Part shown: positions 51,091 to 61,545 of the stretch, one piece after another
How positions within the stretch are numbered: the stretch's first letter is position 1
How the letters are laid out: the number at the start of each line of letters is the position of its first letter
Assembly: GCA_002633005.1 (NCBI GenBank)
Contig: NMRA01000036.1
Span: 1,350,139 to 1,414,138 of the forward strand
Reading direction: 5' to 3'
Length of the DNA stretch: 64,000 bases
From: Phoronis australis
Taxonomy: Eukaryota; Animalia; Phoronida
Translations under genes and position numbers: made by a program
Notes under the pieces: generated by a model
Told to the model about the DNA's origin: nothing
The model's database searches: none
What the model saw: the letters and a program-made list of their open reading frames with translations, nothing else

Positions 51091-53404
51091 ATAGTTGAAC
51101 ACAGAAACATGGTTGCAAATATTAAAATATTTCACCTGTGATACCTGGTACTTCAGTTATAAGCACAAGTAGAATTTTGAATAACGACGGCACATATTGT
51201 GCAAATTCAAGATGTATCCACCAGCAAATGAGCTCCATTAAATTCACTGACCATGAAAACATAGGTAAACAAATCAAAAATACCATGTCTGCAGTGCTAT
51301 AAGCAAACAGAATTTTGCATAATAGCGGACTTAATTTGCATTTTTAAATAAAGTGCATTTTAAAACCCTTAAAGACCCTACGAACGATCACTCTCCCTAA
51401 ATCATGAAAATCAAGATTAACTATAGGCTACATCAGTAAAACAGCAGAGAAAAACTTTATCAACAAATACAGGTTAAGTAATAAAGGTCTTTGTCTTCCG
51501 GATTATATTTTTCTGTCTGTTATTGTAACACCACACTTCTTTTCCCGCATATCAGGGTCTATGAAATCCGATAGCGCTCTGAAAAGTCTGCCGTTACAGC
51601 CCAATGACGAGGAACAGGGTTATAAAACCACAAAATCCATTCTGTTTTGCGATTTTCATTTCGTCAGAGTAACTAATCCCATCTCATTTGGGGTAGGCCT
51701 ACAGCTGTGGTTAGGTGACGTTAGCCATGTTCATTTGTTTGTCTACCTGTGTGGCCTATCATGCCATTCATCTCAGCCTGTCTCATTTGACTTTATATAA
51801 GCCAGAAATGTCCTGGTATACGGTTATAATTCAAATTTTGCTCAGAGGGTTCGTGGTTAAAGTGATGGTTTAGAGTAAAAGGTATCACATTTAAAAACGT
51901 AAGTGCTCAGGCGCATACCACCCGGAGCTTATTATTGCAATGATACTCGTCGATTTAGTAGCTTTAAAACTCCGCATGTCATCCCATCGCTACTACTTAG
52001 TTGTCTCCCTTACGCTTACCCTTCTAAGGACGGTTCTGCGCAAAATGATTACAAAATGCCAATTCTCGACACTGTCTGCCACTAATTCATTGAAAATAAT
52101 GTCGGTCACTATACTACAGTAGTTAAATACGCAAAATTATAATTGGGAAACACCAAGAAACCACAGATACCGTCTTAAAGAACAAGAAAAACGTAGCAGC
52201 AGTAACATCTAATAAACATTTCACTCGATCTGGAAGGGTGACTTGGCAATTACACTTTTACAAGATGCCAGTTACAGTCAACGCGGTAAATAGGTGGCTG
52301 GGATAGCATTTCATTAATAAACAGCAAATACTAGATTGGAAGCCCAAGATCCATCCATATCAAATTTGAACTCAATAACATGAACAGAGATAAGGTCAGC
52401 CGTCTGTATAGTGCGCAACATCAGTTGATAACAGCAACGCACAACACATACTGATAAAGACACCAGTGAACATCGGTTGACTTTGGAGTCGCTCAAGTAC
52501 ATTCCTGACGAAGTTATTTCTTGAAAAGGGACTACATTTTTTGTTTTTCGAGGTACTGGTCCTAAAGAAAAAAACATTCAATGTATCTTCTCAACAATAA
52601 CATGTAACTTACATTAATGAAGCGGGCACTTTGACTAGACTGCGCTAAATTATTTCCACAATTTTGTTCGAAGACCCAGTTTTGATTCCCAGAATGTGTT
52701 CAACCGTGCTATTTAAACAGAGAAAAAAGTTCGATTCAACACCGTCGGTGGGATCGTACATCTCGTAAAACATGTGTAATTCATTGTTTTATAATGCTTG
52801 TCCAAAATGGTTTACTGAAATATGTTAGTCTATGAAAACTCTGTGTGGGACAAAACAAACTCAGTGCATACCTACTTACTGCATTCTCACGCTCGCATCA
52901 GGCTTATCAGCTTCATATTGGAAATACATCAGAAACTCAACTGTTTTAAAAAAAGTGTTCATAGTAATATCCCCAAATTACCACATTTACCACTTCTCTG
53001 CTTTCAGTCCTACGATGGGCCATTCAGATAAGTATCTAGCCGGCCCACAAGTGAGCAAAAAACTTTCAACTTCGGAGTTGTTTCGATGGAATGTCCTCTT
53101 CGTTCCCACCAGAGACAAATCGGTGTTACTAGTGAATGTATGCAAGGGAATGAATGAGAACCTGGATATAATGCAAAAACGATTTCCAGGGCTGTGCTCA
53201 TATTTAAAAGAGACACATCACAAATATTAATAATTTAAAACACCATCTCAAGTACTACTCTTTTTAATGTTCAGTAATGAGATCAAATAATTTGAAATGA
53301 TTTTGAAATGTATTTATTCACCCATGATCATCTTTCGTTTCACCTCATGTGCATACCTTGTTCAACTAATTCCCCCTCACGCAATCGTCACATTCCAGCC
53401 GCAC

Positions 53405-53612
53405 TTCTATTATCATTATGACCATTGCTATTACTGTAACTACTATAATTATTATTGTTGTCCTTATTATTATTACTATTGCCATTACTATCCTACAATT
53501 ACTAACATTATTATTACGATTATCATTATTAATATTGTTATTATTATTGTTATTATTATTTTTACCAGTGCTACTGCTACTACAATTATTAACATTATCA
53601 TTATTGTTAACT
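53405..53612. repeat. Degenerate (TAT/TAC)n trinucleotide microsatellite
   Basis: Directly visible; it explains the Tyr/Ile/Leu-rich spurious ORFs. Confidence 0.93.
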
Positions 53613-53765
53613 TGATAACGTTACTGAGACAGGAGGGACATCAACATGGAATTAAAAGTGCGTTTGATAAGGAGACTAATCGGTACAGTGTGCTAGTTGG
53701 GAGGGCCAGCTGTCGTTGCTAACTTACTCGATTTTTCATGATCCGAGATAGGCAGGAGACGTAAT

Positions 53766-54937
53766 AGGCCTTTTGCGAGTTTATAGCAATAACGCGAGAT
53801 TATGTGAGACTTAACTGTGACGTCACGGGAAGTGGGGCAAAAGCTTGTCGTTTGGTCATTTGCCCAATACGGTAGCAGAGTGTATTCTGTTATTGTCTTC
53901 GAGTTTTTAGCCGTTTAGTTCGAAAATGTCCAAAAGCATTGCTGTTATGGCAAATGAACTTCAGATTCGCACTACAATACGTTCTATCGCGTTCTGTACT
54001 AATTTCGTCCCGTGTATTTTAAACGGGCGGTAGGCGAAATCCGCTCACTGGTAAAGTTTTCACCTCGTCGAAAATACATTCTACACCTAAAATTAGCACC
54101 TAAAAGGCTCTTACTTTCTTCAGTGACTCTTTCTGCTTCTAAACATATCTTCGATGAAGCATATATACGGGAATTCAGGTGACTTAGGCGAAGAATTCCA
54201 ACTCCACTTTGTGGTTACTGTTAACTTTGTCCGCGCGCGCGATTACCACAATCAAGTAGTTCAACTGAGTCAGGTGAGTATGAGGCAAAGGCTAGCGCGA
54301 GACTGAGCGAAGCGCGAGATCTGGCGCGTGACCTGGCGCGTGACACTTGCAAAATAGCATGAGAAAATATCAAGTGAAATTTGTAAGATTTGTGTCCCTT
54401 GGACTTTTTGTTCGTCAACAGGCGTGATTTCACGTAACTTCCTCAAAATGGCGGCTCTTTAGTGAGAGAAACTCGAGAGAACCGCGAGGTTTTCATGAAT
54501 ATGCTCAAGTTATTTGTAGACTAAATTGTGTCCAGAGTCAGGGTATGTGTTAATTATAACTTCATGTGCACATATGCATGTTTCATTTGATTTTATTTGC
54601 TGTATTTTGAAGTGAATATCTTTTTATGGGGATACACTATCGCCCCTGTATGCCTGCGCCATTCAGGCCTAGAGCGGGTTAAGTTCCAATTTCAGTCCGT
54701 TCACAGCTTCGCACAACATAACAAGGTCACATTTTCTTCGTCTATTCACAGTTATTCCACGACCCATCTACCATATCTTAAGTTGTTTTAACGTTTTAAG
54801 CGTAAAATTCGCCATAAGAACTCCAGTAAGTTTTAGCGTGTGTAGCAAAGACTCGGGGCAAAACAAGAGCAATATGGCGGGTTTTGCCCCCTTTCCGGTG
54901 ACGTCACAGTGACTAGCGAGAAACTCGCAAGTGAGCT
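53766..54937. mobile_element. Non-autonomous TIR element (PIF/ISL2EU-like MITE)
   Basis: Inverted ends ttgcgagttt...actgtgacgtcac.ggaa..ggggcaaaa, with AAT on both flanks. Confidence 0.65.
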
Positions 54938-56920
54938 AATCTCGGACGCCCACCACGCTACTGAGGCGGGCGAACAGCAGACTCTATATGATTTCAATAG
55001 AATAGTAAACGGGGTGAATGGCAGTCGACCCATCTCTCACTGTCTCACTCCACGTACGCATAATGCATGGATGTGTTAAAGTTTACCACAAAAGGCATGG
55101 CACATTTCATAGCTGGCCCATTTCATAGTTAACACATAATTATTTATTTTCACAGCCGTCCCAACAAAGCGGCATGAACTGGTACAGAAGCGGTCTCAGT
55201 ACTGCCTGTTGAAGCATAATGAAGAGAGTGTACCTGATGACTGAGGAGAAGTGTGGTGTCCTTTATTAACCCATGCACTTGTCATTTTCAAAGGTCAATC
55301 AAGCATGCATATGGCCGTTAGGAGCGGGACAATGTCAACGAGCCAATCCAGGTATGCAGCAAGGACATCTGTTGTCGAAAATCATGATTCTATTTTTGGA
55401 GTGCAGGGATTCCCAGACACTCTTCTACAAAGAAGATACGAAAGACAAAAGCGCGCGGCTACCAAAATTTGATCAGCTGGACGTTAAGACTTATTGGTGC
55501 AATGGATTGTGGAGATGAAACTGCAGTAAAAGAATTTTTTAATGATTATTATGAAATTGTCACAGAAAGTGCCAACAGGCATATATATAAAGAAATATAA
55601 AAATTATACACAAATACATGAATACAATGTTAGGATTACAATGAAATGGTAATGAATACAAATAAATCATTTTCATTCGAAATAAATAATTTCACATGAA
55701 AACAATTTATCTACTCACACAAAGAGTTTACTCACACACACGGACTCACACAGAGATTCAATATTAAAAAGGAATTTTGAAACTATTTCGAATAAAACCT
55801 TATTTTCATTTAGGTCGAGCTCAATTTACATACACTTAAAAAAAATGAAGATTTGAATATTTTTTATAAACATTGTCAGATTTTTTGAGTGTCTGGAAAA
55901 GTGGAGCCCTCTGCTGGCAAGCAAAGAAAATATGAGCATTTGTCGGAGTGTCTCCACAGAAAAAGAGTGGATGAAGTATTTCAAAGGGGGCTTTGTAGAA
56001 AATTACGCGGCAGCATCAAACCCAGAAAAAGATTTTGAAGTGGAGATGTCAGTCAACTACACGGATGTCAAAGAGCAATTGGAAATTTGGCCTAAATGAA
56101 CCCGGTGAAGGTGAGTTGGAATACATGCAAGTATTTTTTGGTAGTGTTAAAACTCTCATATCAAAGATTTCGTTACAACTAGACATTTGTAGTTAATAAC
56201 ACTATCCACTTAGCTCAGTACTCAAAGTCAGTTTTCAATTTCTCTCCAGATCAGATACAGATTATAATGTCCAACTGTGTGTTCTATTAATTTTGGTGTA
56301 CTTTTATTTTGTTTTGTTGGTACCAAAACTGTGCACACTATTTTGTTATATTGGGGTTTCTTACATTGCTGGTGTATTTTTGGGCTGATAAGTACCGATA
56401 GTTTTGTGCTGATTTGTGTTGCTAGTGGCCCCATGATGGCAGCCATACAGGTTTGCATAAGTGCCACAGTCCAAGACTGTTAATTAAAGATATCCCTGTT
56501 TCCAAGTTAAACTACCCTGGCTGTCAGAACCCAAAAAAGGTTACACACATGGATCAATTTTGTATGCTGTAGGATATATTTTCCTACTTTGCCTGACAGT
56601 TAATCATAACCTAATACAATACAAAACAGCAAATTTACCATTTCGGTGAAAAAACTAAACTGTTACTAATATGTATATTCCTCTTTTTCAGACAACCACA
56701 GTAATTTTACAGTCAGTAACGTTCAGTATACACAACAAATCAAGATCATACAAGTCTTTGTGACACTTTGTCATACATTTTAAGTGAAGTAGGTGATGAC
56801 GCTGAAGTACAATCACGTTGTTAAAGCGAGATTCAAATGTAAAACAGCATCATGATTAGTTTGCTATTCTAACTTGTTTCCTCATTACTAAATCTAGAAC
56901 TCATTCTACAGGTATTACAG

Positions 56921-57035
56921 ACTGAACACGCATACAGACAAAATGTACAGACCAAGCAAGTCACTGGATGAAAAAAAACGAAGATGTGAAGAACCAATAT
57001 GCATGCAAGAAGTTGTTGCTTTTCCAGGGTACAAG
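56921..57035 (+). pseudogene. Putative exon remnant of a CaRF-like MULE transposase (N-terminal part)
   Basis: Follows an acceptor-like ttacag and reads KKRRCEEPICMQEVVAFPGYK, resembling the CaRF KK..C.A.I....V..FP.Y motif. Ends aag|atgag (decayed donor) and contains a stop/frameshift. Confidence 0.45.
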
Positions 57036-57387
57036 ATGAGCACAGCAACCAAGTATAATTAAAGTCCTATGCAGTGTTAATTATTTAATGTCAAGTCAAA
57101 TCAAAACACATTTCTAAGTACATTAAATGACTCAGAGGGCGCTGCTGCATAGGCATGTCGACTCAGTGATTGTGCTCCTCATAATATACCAGATACCTCG
57201 GAATTTACGGACAACCAAGCCTCAGGAATTTGTGCGTTGCTGTATTAAGACATAGAGACAGAGGAATTATCACAAATGTAAGTTTTATGTTCAGCCCATG
57301 TCTAGCCCTTGTCTACAAGACAAAATTGTATTTGCTACGACGCCTATCCCTCCTCTCTCCATTGTTGTTACGTAATCCGCCATTACA

Positions 57388-58044
57388 ATGCCAAGAAGCA
57401 AAGACAGGGGCCGCGCAAATACTCGCAGCTCTATTGCTGATTATATGAGCCCCAATCAAGATATCTCAAACAAAGATCTTTTGGAATCATTAAACAAGCG
57501 ATTCGATAATATGGAAAAAGAATTCAACAAACTCAGAACAGAATATGAAGACACGAAAAGAGAGAACGAAAAATTGAAAACGTTTATTAAAGATCTGAGC
57601 GCGAAAATTGATGACCTAGAAAATCGGTCCAGGCGTGATAATGTAATCGTCCATGGCTTGAAAGAAGAAAACAATGAATCGTGGGAAATGTCTGAAGCTC
57701 TCGTAGTAAATCTTGCCAAAGATCATTTAGGTATCGATATCCACGTCGAGAGGGCACACAGACTGGGAAAGAAAATAAGTGGAAAGACCCGTCCGATCAT
57801 TGCTAAGGTGTCTTCTAAAGACAAGACCTACATTTTGAAGAAACGCAAAAACCTACAAAACCCAGCCATCCACATTACCGAAGATTTTTCAGTTAGAGTG
57901 CGCAATGCCAGAAAGGAACTGTATAAATTCTCGAAGGGAAACGACATGGAAAATGCAAGCATACGGTATGACAAACTCATTCACGATAGGAAAACTTATA
58001 TGTACGACGAAGACAACAAGAGAGTGTTTGAATGCAACAGATAG
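57388..58044 (+). CDS. LINE ORF1p (coiled coil plus L1-type RRM/CTD, Transposase_22-like)
   Basis: Intact 218-aa ORF with heptad region and DDLENRSRRDNVIVHGLKE, VERAHRLGK, RPIIAK and ITEDFS..VR..RK motifs. Confidence 0.92.
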   Translation: MPRSKDRGRANTRSSIADYMSPNQDISNKDLLESLNKRFDNMEKEFNKLRTEYEDTKRENEKLKTFIKDLSAKIDDLENRSRRDNVIVHGLKEENNESWEMSEALVVNLAKDHLGIDIHVERAHRLGKKISGKTRPIIAKVSSKDKTYILKKRKNLQNPAIHITEDFSVRVRNARKELYKFSKGNDMENASIRYDKLIHDRKTYMYDEDNKRVFECNR

Positions 58045-58089
58045 GATGGAGGCCAAGGCCCACCCCTGTATACAAACGGCATATCCTTG

Positions 58090-61000
58090 ATGAGCTGGAA
58101 CGCACATGGTCTCGCCAAAAAGATTGGACAATCTGAGGTTATTGACTTTATATCTAGGTATCATGTAGTAGCAGTCAGTGAAACATGGGCAAATAAACCA
58201 AACCAGTTTAGTGTACCAGGCTATGTAAATTTCGATGTGCAAAACATAAAGAGAAGAAAATTTGGAAGAAACTCCGGAGGAGTGAGTGTATTTATCAAAG
58301 ATGAATTAGGAAAATATTTTAGACGTTTGAAGGTTGATCATATTCACGGTGTAGTCATAAAGGGCGACAAAAGGTTGTTTAAGACGGACAACGATGTTAT
58401 TATTTGTTTTATTTATGTAGCCCCAGAAGGGTCGCCAGTGTATGAAAACTCCGCAGAGAAAAATGGGGTAACCCTGCTTGGCCAAGAGTTGTTGAATTTG
58501 TCTCAGAAGTTTTGTGATTGTCATTTTGTGGTCATGGGTGACCTAAATGCTAGAGTTGGGAACTTGCAAGACTATATTCTAGATGACAGTGCGGATTTCT
58601 TAACGTGTCAAGATTGGTACGATAGTGACACATTTTGTTGGCCCAGGCAGTCTAAGGATGAAACTGTAAATAATTTTGGCAAAACTTTAATTGAATTGTG
58701 TTGTGACTTAAACATGCATATAGTTAACGGTAGGAGTCAGGGTGATAAACATGGCGAGTTTACATGTCACGCTTCAGGTGGTTGTAGCACTGTAGACTAT
58801 TTGATAGTATCGACAAGTCTCTTTCAACATATTTCAGATTTTAGTGTAGGCACATTTGACGAGTCTGACCATTTTCCTATTGTTTGTAATGTTGCAGGTA
58901 ATTGTGTGTATGACAGTCGTTGTAGCGTTAGCCAATCAGCATCGAAATCAAACACTCGACTGGAGTGGGATAGTGGCCGAGTAGCAGAATTCCATGAAGT
59001 GTTCTCAAATTGCCTATCAGAAAGTCTAGATCGAGTAGTTGAACAGATTGCTCGTGGCGACATAGAAAGTGCAACAGAAGGTATCACAAATCTGTATAAA
59101 CAAACTGCTACATCGATGGCAATGTTTAAAAATAAACGTACTTATGCTAAAAGGCAGAGCAAACAACCCCCTTGGTGGGACAAAGAATTACATACTGCGA
59201 AAAAACTAAAAAATCACTCTTTGAATATTTTTCGGAGAGACTCTTCCCCTGGAAAATTGGCAGTATACAAAGAAAATAAGAAACAATTTCGCATGCTATA
59301 CAAAGAAAAAGAAAAAGAGCACCAATCGAAGTTGCTAGAAAATATTTTGGATAGTAGAAATAATCCAAAGCAATTCTGGGCTTTGGTAAAATCAAAATTT
59401 AATAGTAGTCCGAAGGAAACTGCGATAACTCCAGAACGGTGGTACACGTATTTTAATTTGTTGCTCAATGAACGGATGGAACCGAACGACACTATGTCAA
59501 ATGCGGTCGTAAGACAACAAGAAAATCATGACAATTACTGTGATGCTTGTGACAAAAATTTACCCAGTGATATGAACACTTGTTTCTCATGTGAGGAAAT
59601 TGACTGCGCTATAATGGATCTGCCAAACGGCAAAGCGGCCGGCATTGATCACGTTGTGTTTGAGATGTTGAAGAGTACGAGGGTAGCTATTGTTCCTGTA
59701 TTGGAACTGCTTTTCAATGGAATTCTCGCTACAGGTCACTACCCACAGGGCTGGTGTGACGCAATAATTGTTCCTATATTTAAACAGGGTAACACTGAAG
59801 ATGAGAACAATTATAGAGGTATCTCATTGTTGTCTGCAGTAGGAAAGCTATTCACCAAACTTTTGAACAACCGGCTTAGGACCTGGGCTGAGGCAAATGA
59901 CGAACTTCGTGAATCACAGGCGGGATTCCGCAAGGGCTATTGCACTCAGGACCAAATGTTTACGCTTCAGGCCATGTGCCAAAAATATATCACTAAGCCC
60001 GGGGGTCGTTTTTATTGTGCTTTTGTCGACTTTTCGAAGGCGTTTGACAGAGTTCCCCACATGCTACTCTGGTATAGATTACAAAAAATTGGTGTCCATG
60101 GTAACGTACTTAAAATCTTGAAATCCATGTACAGCAAATTACGTTCATGCGTAAGGACCCGAGAAGGGTTAACCGACTTTTTTGACTGTTCTGTCGGCAC
60201 CAGACAAGGGTGTATGATCAGCCCACTATTATTTATCATGTATCTGAACGAATTTATCGAAGTCCTAGATAATGCCCAAAATATTAGAGGGATTTATATC
60301 AATGAAGAGGCTCCGCACGTCAAATCGCTGTTGTATGCTGATGACATGGTTCTGTGTTCGAGCACTCAAATTAATTTGCAAAGAATGTTAAATTGCCTTT
60401 ATGATTATTGCTCTTCTTGGGGCATGAGTGTAAATCTGAAAAAAACTAAGATCGTTGTTTTTAGAAATGGCGGGCCACTCAGAGCGTATGAGAAGTGGTA
60501 TTATGGAAACCAAGTAGTGGAGGTTGTCTCCCAATATAAATATCTTGGAATATTTTTCACACCAAGATTAGTCTGGTCCAAAGCCACTAAAACTCTGGCA
60601 CGTCAAGGTAGTAAAGCTGCTATGTCCATCTCTAAAATTAGAAACCGGTGCACGGAATTACCATTGAGCCTATCACTTGAACTGTTTGATAAAATTGCTG
60701 TACCAACTATGTGCTACGGCGCGGAAATCTGGGGATTCAAAGAATACGAATGGCTTGAAAATGTTTATGTTAAATTCTGTAAAATTGCTCTTGGAGTTGG
60801 AAACTCTTGCTCAAACGCAGCTGTATTGGGTGAATGTGGAATTTATCCGCTCTATGCAAAGTATTATGTCACGTGTGTAAAATATTGGCTAAAGTTATTG
60901 AAAATGCCACCTACTAGATACGCTAAAGCGGCTTATGACATGTTAGTTGATTTAGATAGGAATGGAAGAAATACTTGGGTATCTTCTGTTAGACAATTGC

Positions 61001-61545
61001 TATCAAAATACGGTTTTTATCAAATTTGGTTGAATCAAGGTGTCACGTGCGAAGTCTCGTTTTTAAGTTTCTTCGCGCAAAGAGTTAATGACTGTTATGA
61101 GCAAGGTTGGCGATCAGAAACTGAGCATAATGCAAAACTTAAATTCTACTCTAACTTTAAGACTCTGTACTGTTTTGAACCATATCTTAAGTTACCGCTA
61201 CACACTAGTCTTATTCAAGCGTTTACTCGTTTACGTTGCTCCAACCACAGACTACAAGTGGAAGTGGGTAGACACGAGAAAGTGGAATATTGCAATAGAT
61301 TATGTATGGCTTGCAATGATGGTCTTGTAGAGGATGAATACCATTTCCTGTTGGTTTGCAAGGGATATTGTGAACTTAGGTCACGTTTTATGAAGAAATT
61401 TCAATGGAGGCATCCAACTCAAGAATCCTGTATACGCCTGCTCGCTAATCCAGATATATCTGCTGTTAAATATGTGTATTTTGCTCTTAAAAGACGAGAT
61501 CAACTCTTAAATGGGTTGACTGCTTGTGCAAATGTGCCTGATTAA
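58090..61545 (+). CDS. LINE ORF2p: AP endonuclease, reverse transcriptase and C-terminal CCHC
   Basis: SWNAHGL, SETW, MGDLNAR, VDY, SDHFP (APE); NYRGISLL, QAGFRKG, FVDFSKAFD, GTRQG, LYADD, YKYLG (RT); CMAC...EDEYHFLLVC. The true start may lie upstream via readthrough. Confidence 0.95.
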   Translation: MSWNAHGLAKKIGQSEVIDFISRYHVVAVSETWANKPNQFSVPGYVNFDVQNIKRRKFGRNSGGVSVFIKDELGKYFRRLKVDHIHGVVIKGDKRLFKTDNDVIICFIYVAPEGSPVYENSAEKNGVTLLGQELLNLSQKFCDCHFVVMGDLNARVGNLQDYILDDSADFLTCQDWYDSDTFCWPRQSKDETVNNFGKTLIELCCDLNMHIVNGRSQGDKHGEFTCHASGGCSTVDYLIVSTSLFQHISDFSVGTFDESDHFPIVCNVAGNCVYDSRCSVSQSASKSNTRLEWDSGRVAEFHEVFSNCLSESLDRVVEQIARGDIESATEGITNLYKQTATSMAMFKNKRTYAKRQSKQPPWWDKELHTAKKLKNHSLNIFRRDSSPGKLAVYKENKKQFRMLYKEKEKEHQSKLLENILDSRNNPKQFWALVKSKFNSSPKETAITPERWYTYFNLLLNERMEPNDTMSNAVVRQQENHDNYCDACDKNLPSDMNTCFSCEEIDCAIMDLPNGKAAGIDHVVFEMLKSTRVAIVPVLELLFNGILATGHYPQGWCDAIIVPIFKQGNTEDENNYRGISLLSAVGKLFTKLLNNRLRTWAEANDELRESQAGFRKGYCTQDQMFTLQAMCQKYITKPGGRFYCAFVDFSKAFDRVPHMLLWYRLQKIGVHGNVLKILKSMYSKLRSCVRTREGLTDFFDCSVGTRQGCMISPLLFIMYLNEFIEVLDNAQNIRGIYINEEAPHVKSLLYADDMVLCSSTQINLQRMLNCLYDYCSSWGMSVNLKKTKIVVFRNGGPLRAYEKWYYGNQVVEVVSQYKYLGIFFTPRLVWSKATKTLARQGSKAAMSISKIRNRCTELPLSLSLELFDKIAVPTMCYGAEIWGFKEYEWLENVYVKFCKIALGVGNSCSNAAVLGECGIYPLYAKYYVTCVKYWLKLLKMPPTRYAKAAYDMLVDLDRNGRNTWVSSVRQLLSKYGFYQIWLNQGVTCEVSFLSFFAQRVNDCYEQGWRSETEHNAKLKFYSNFKTLYCFEPYLKLPLHTSLIQAFTRLRCSNHRLQVEVGRHEKVEYCNRLCMACNDGLVEDEYHFLLVCKGYCELRSRFMKKFQWRHPTQESCIRLLANPDISAVKYVYFALKRRDQLLNGLTACANVPD

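Larger units (their letters stand above)
39950..51505 (-). mobile_element. Second AcademX-like element, fragmented by several nested insertions
   Basis: Minus-strand remnants: ETTFVRYG (~46020), IDGLALLWTVHW..VFLIFDRY (~45430-45590), ISDVIKQVTKFMFACCG..GKK (~40980-41100) and LPPIFEAF..HYQ..PPVLDP..MIRCG (~40080-40323). Subterminal DNA resembles 12090-13050 and ends cttccggatta. The left end is not resolved. Confidence 0.72.

Noticed and set aside
52822-53230. 132-aa ORF as a host exon
   Set aside because: No recognisable motif or convincing splice context.
53297-53722. Tyr/Ile-rich ORFs that look like membrane proteins
   Set aside because: They are translations of a (TAT)n microsatellite.
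57456-61330. Antisense and alternative-frame ORFs overlapping the LINE
   Set aside because: Short shadow ORFs of a real coding region with no independent support.
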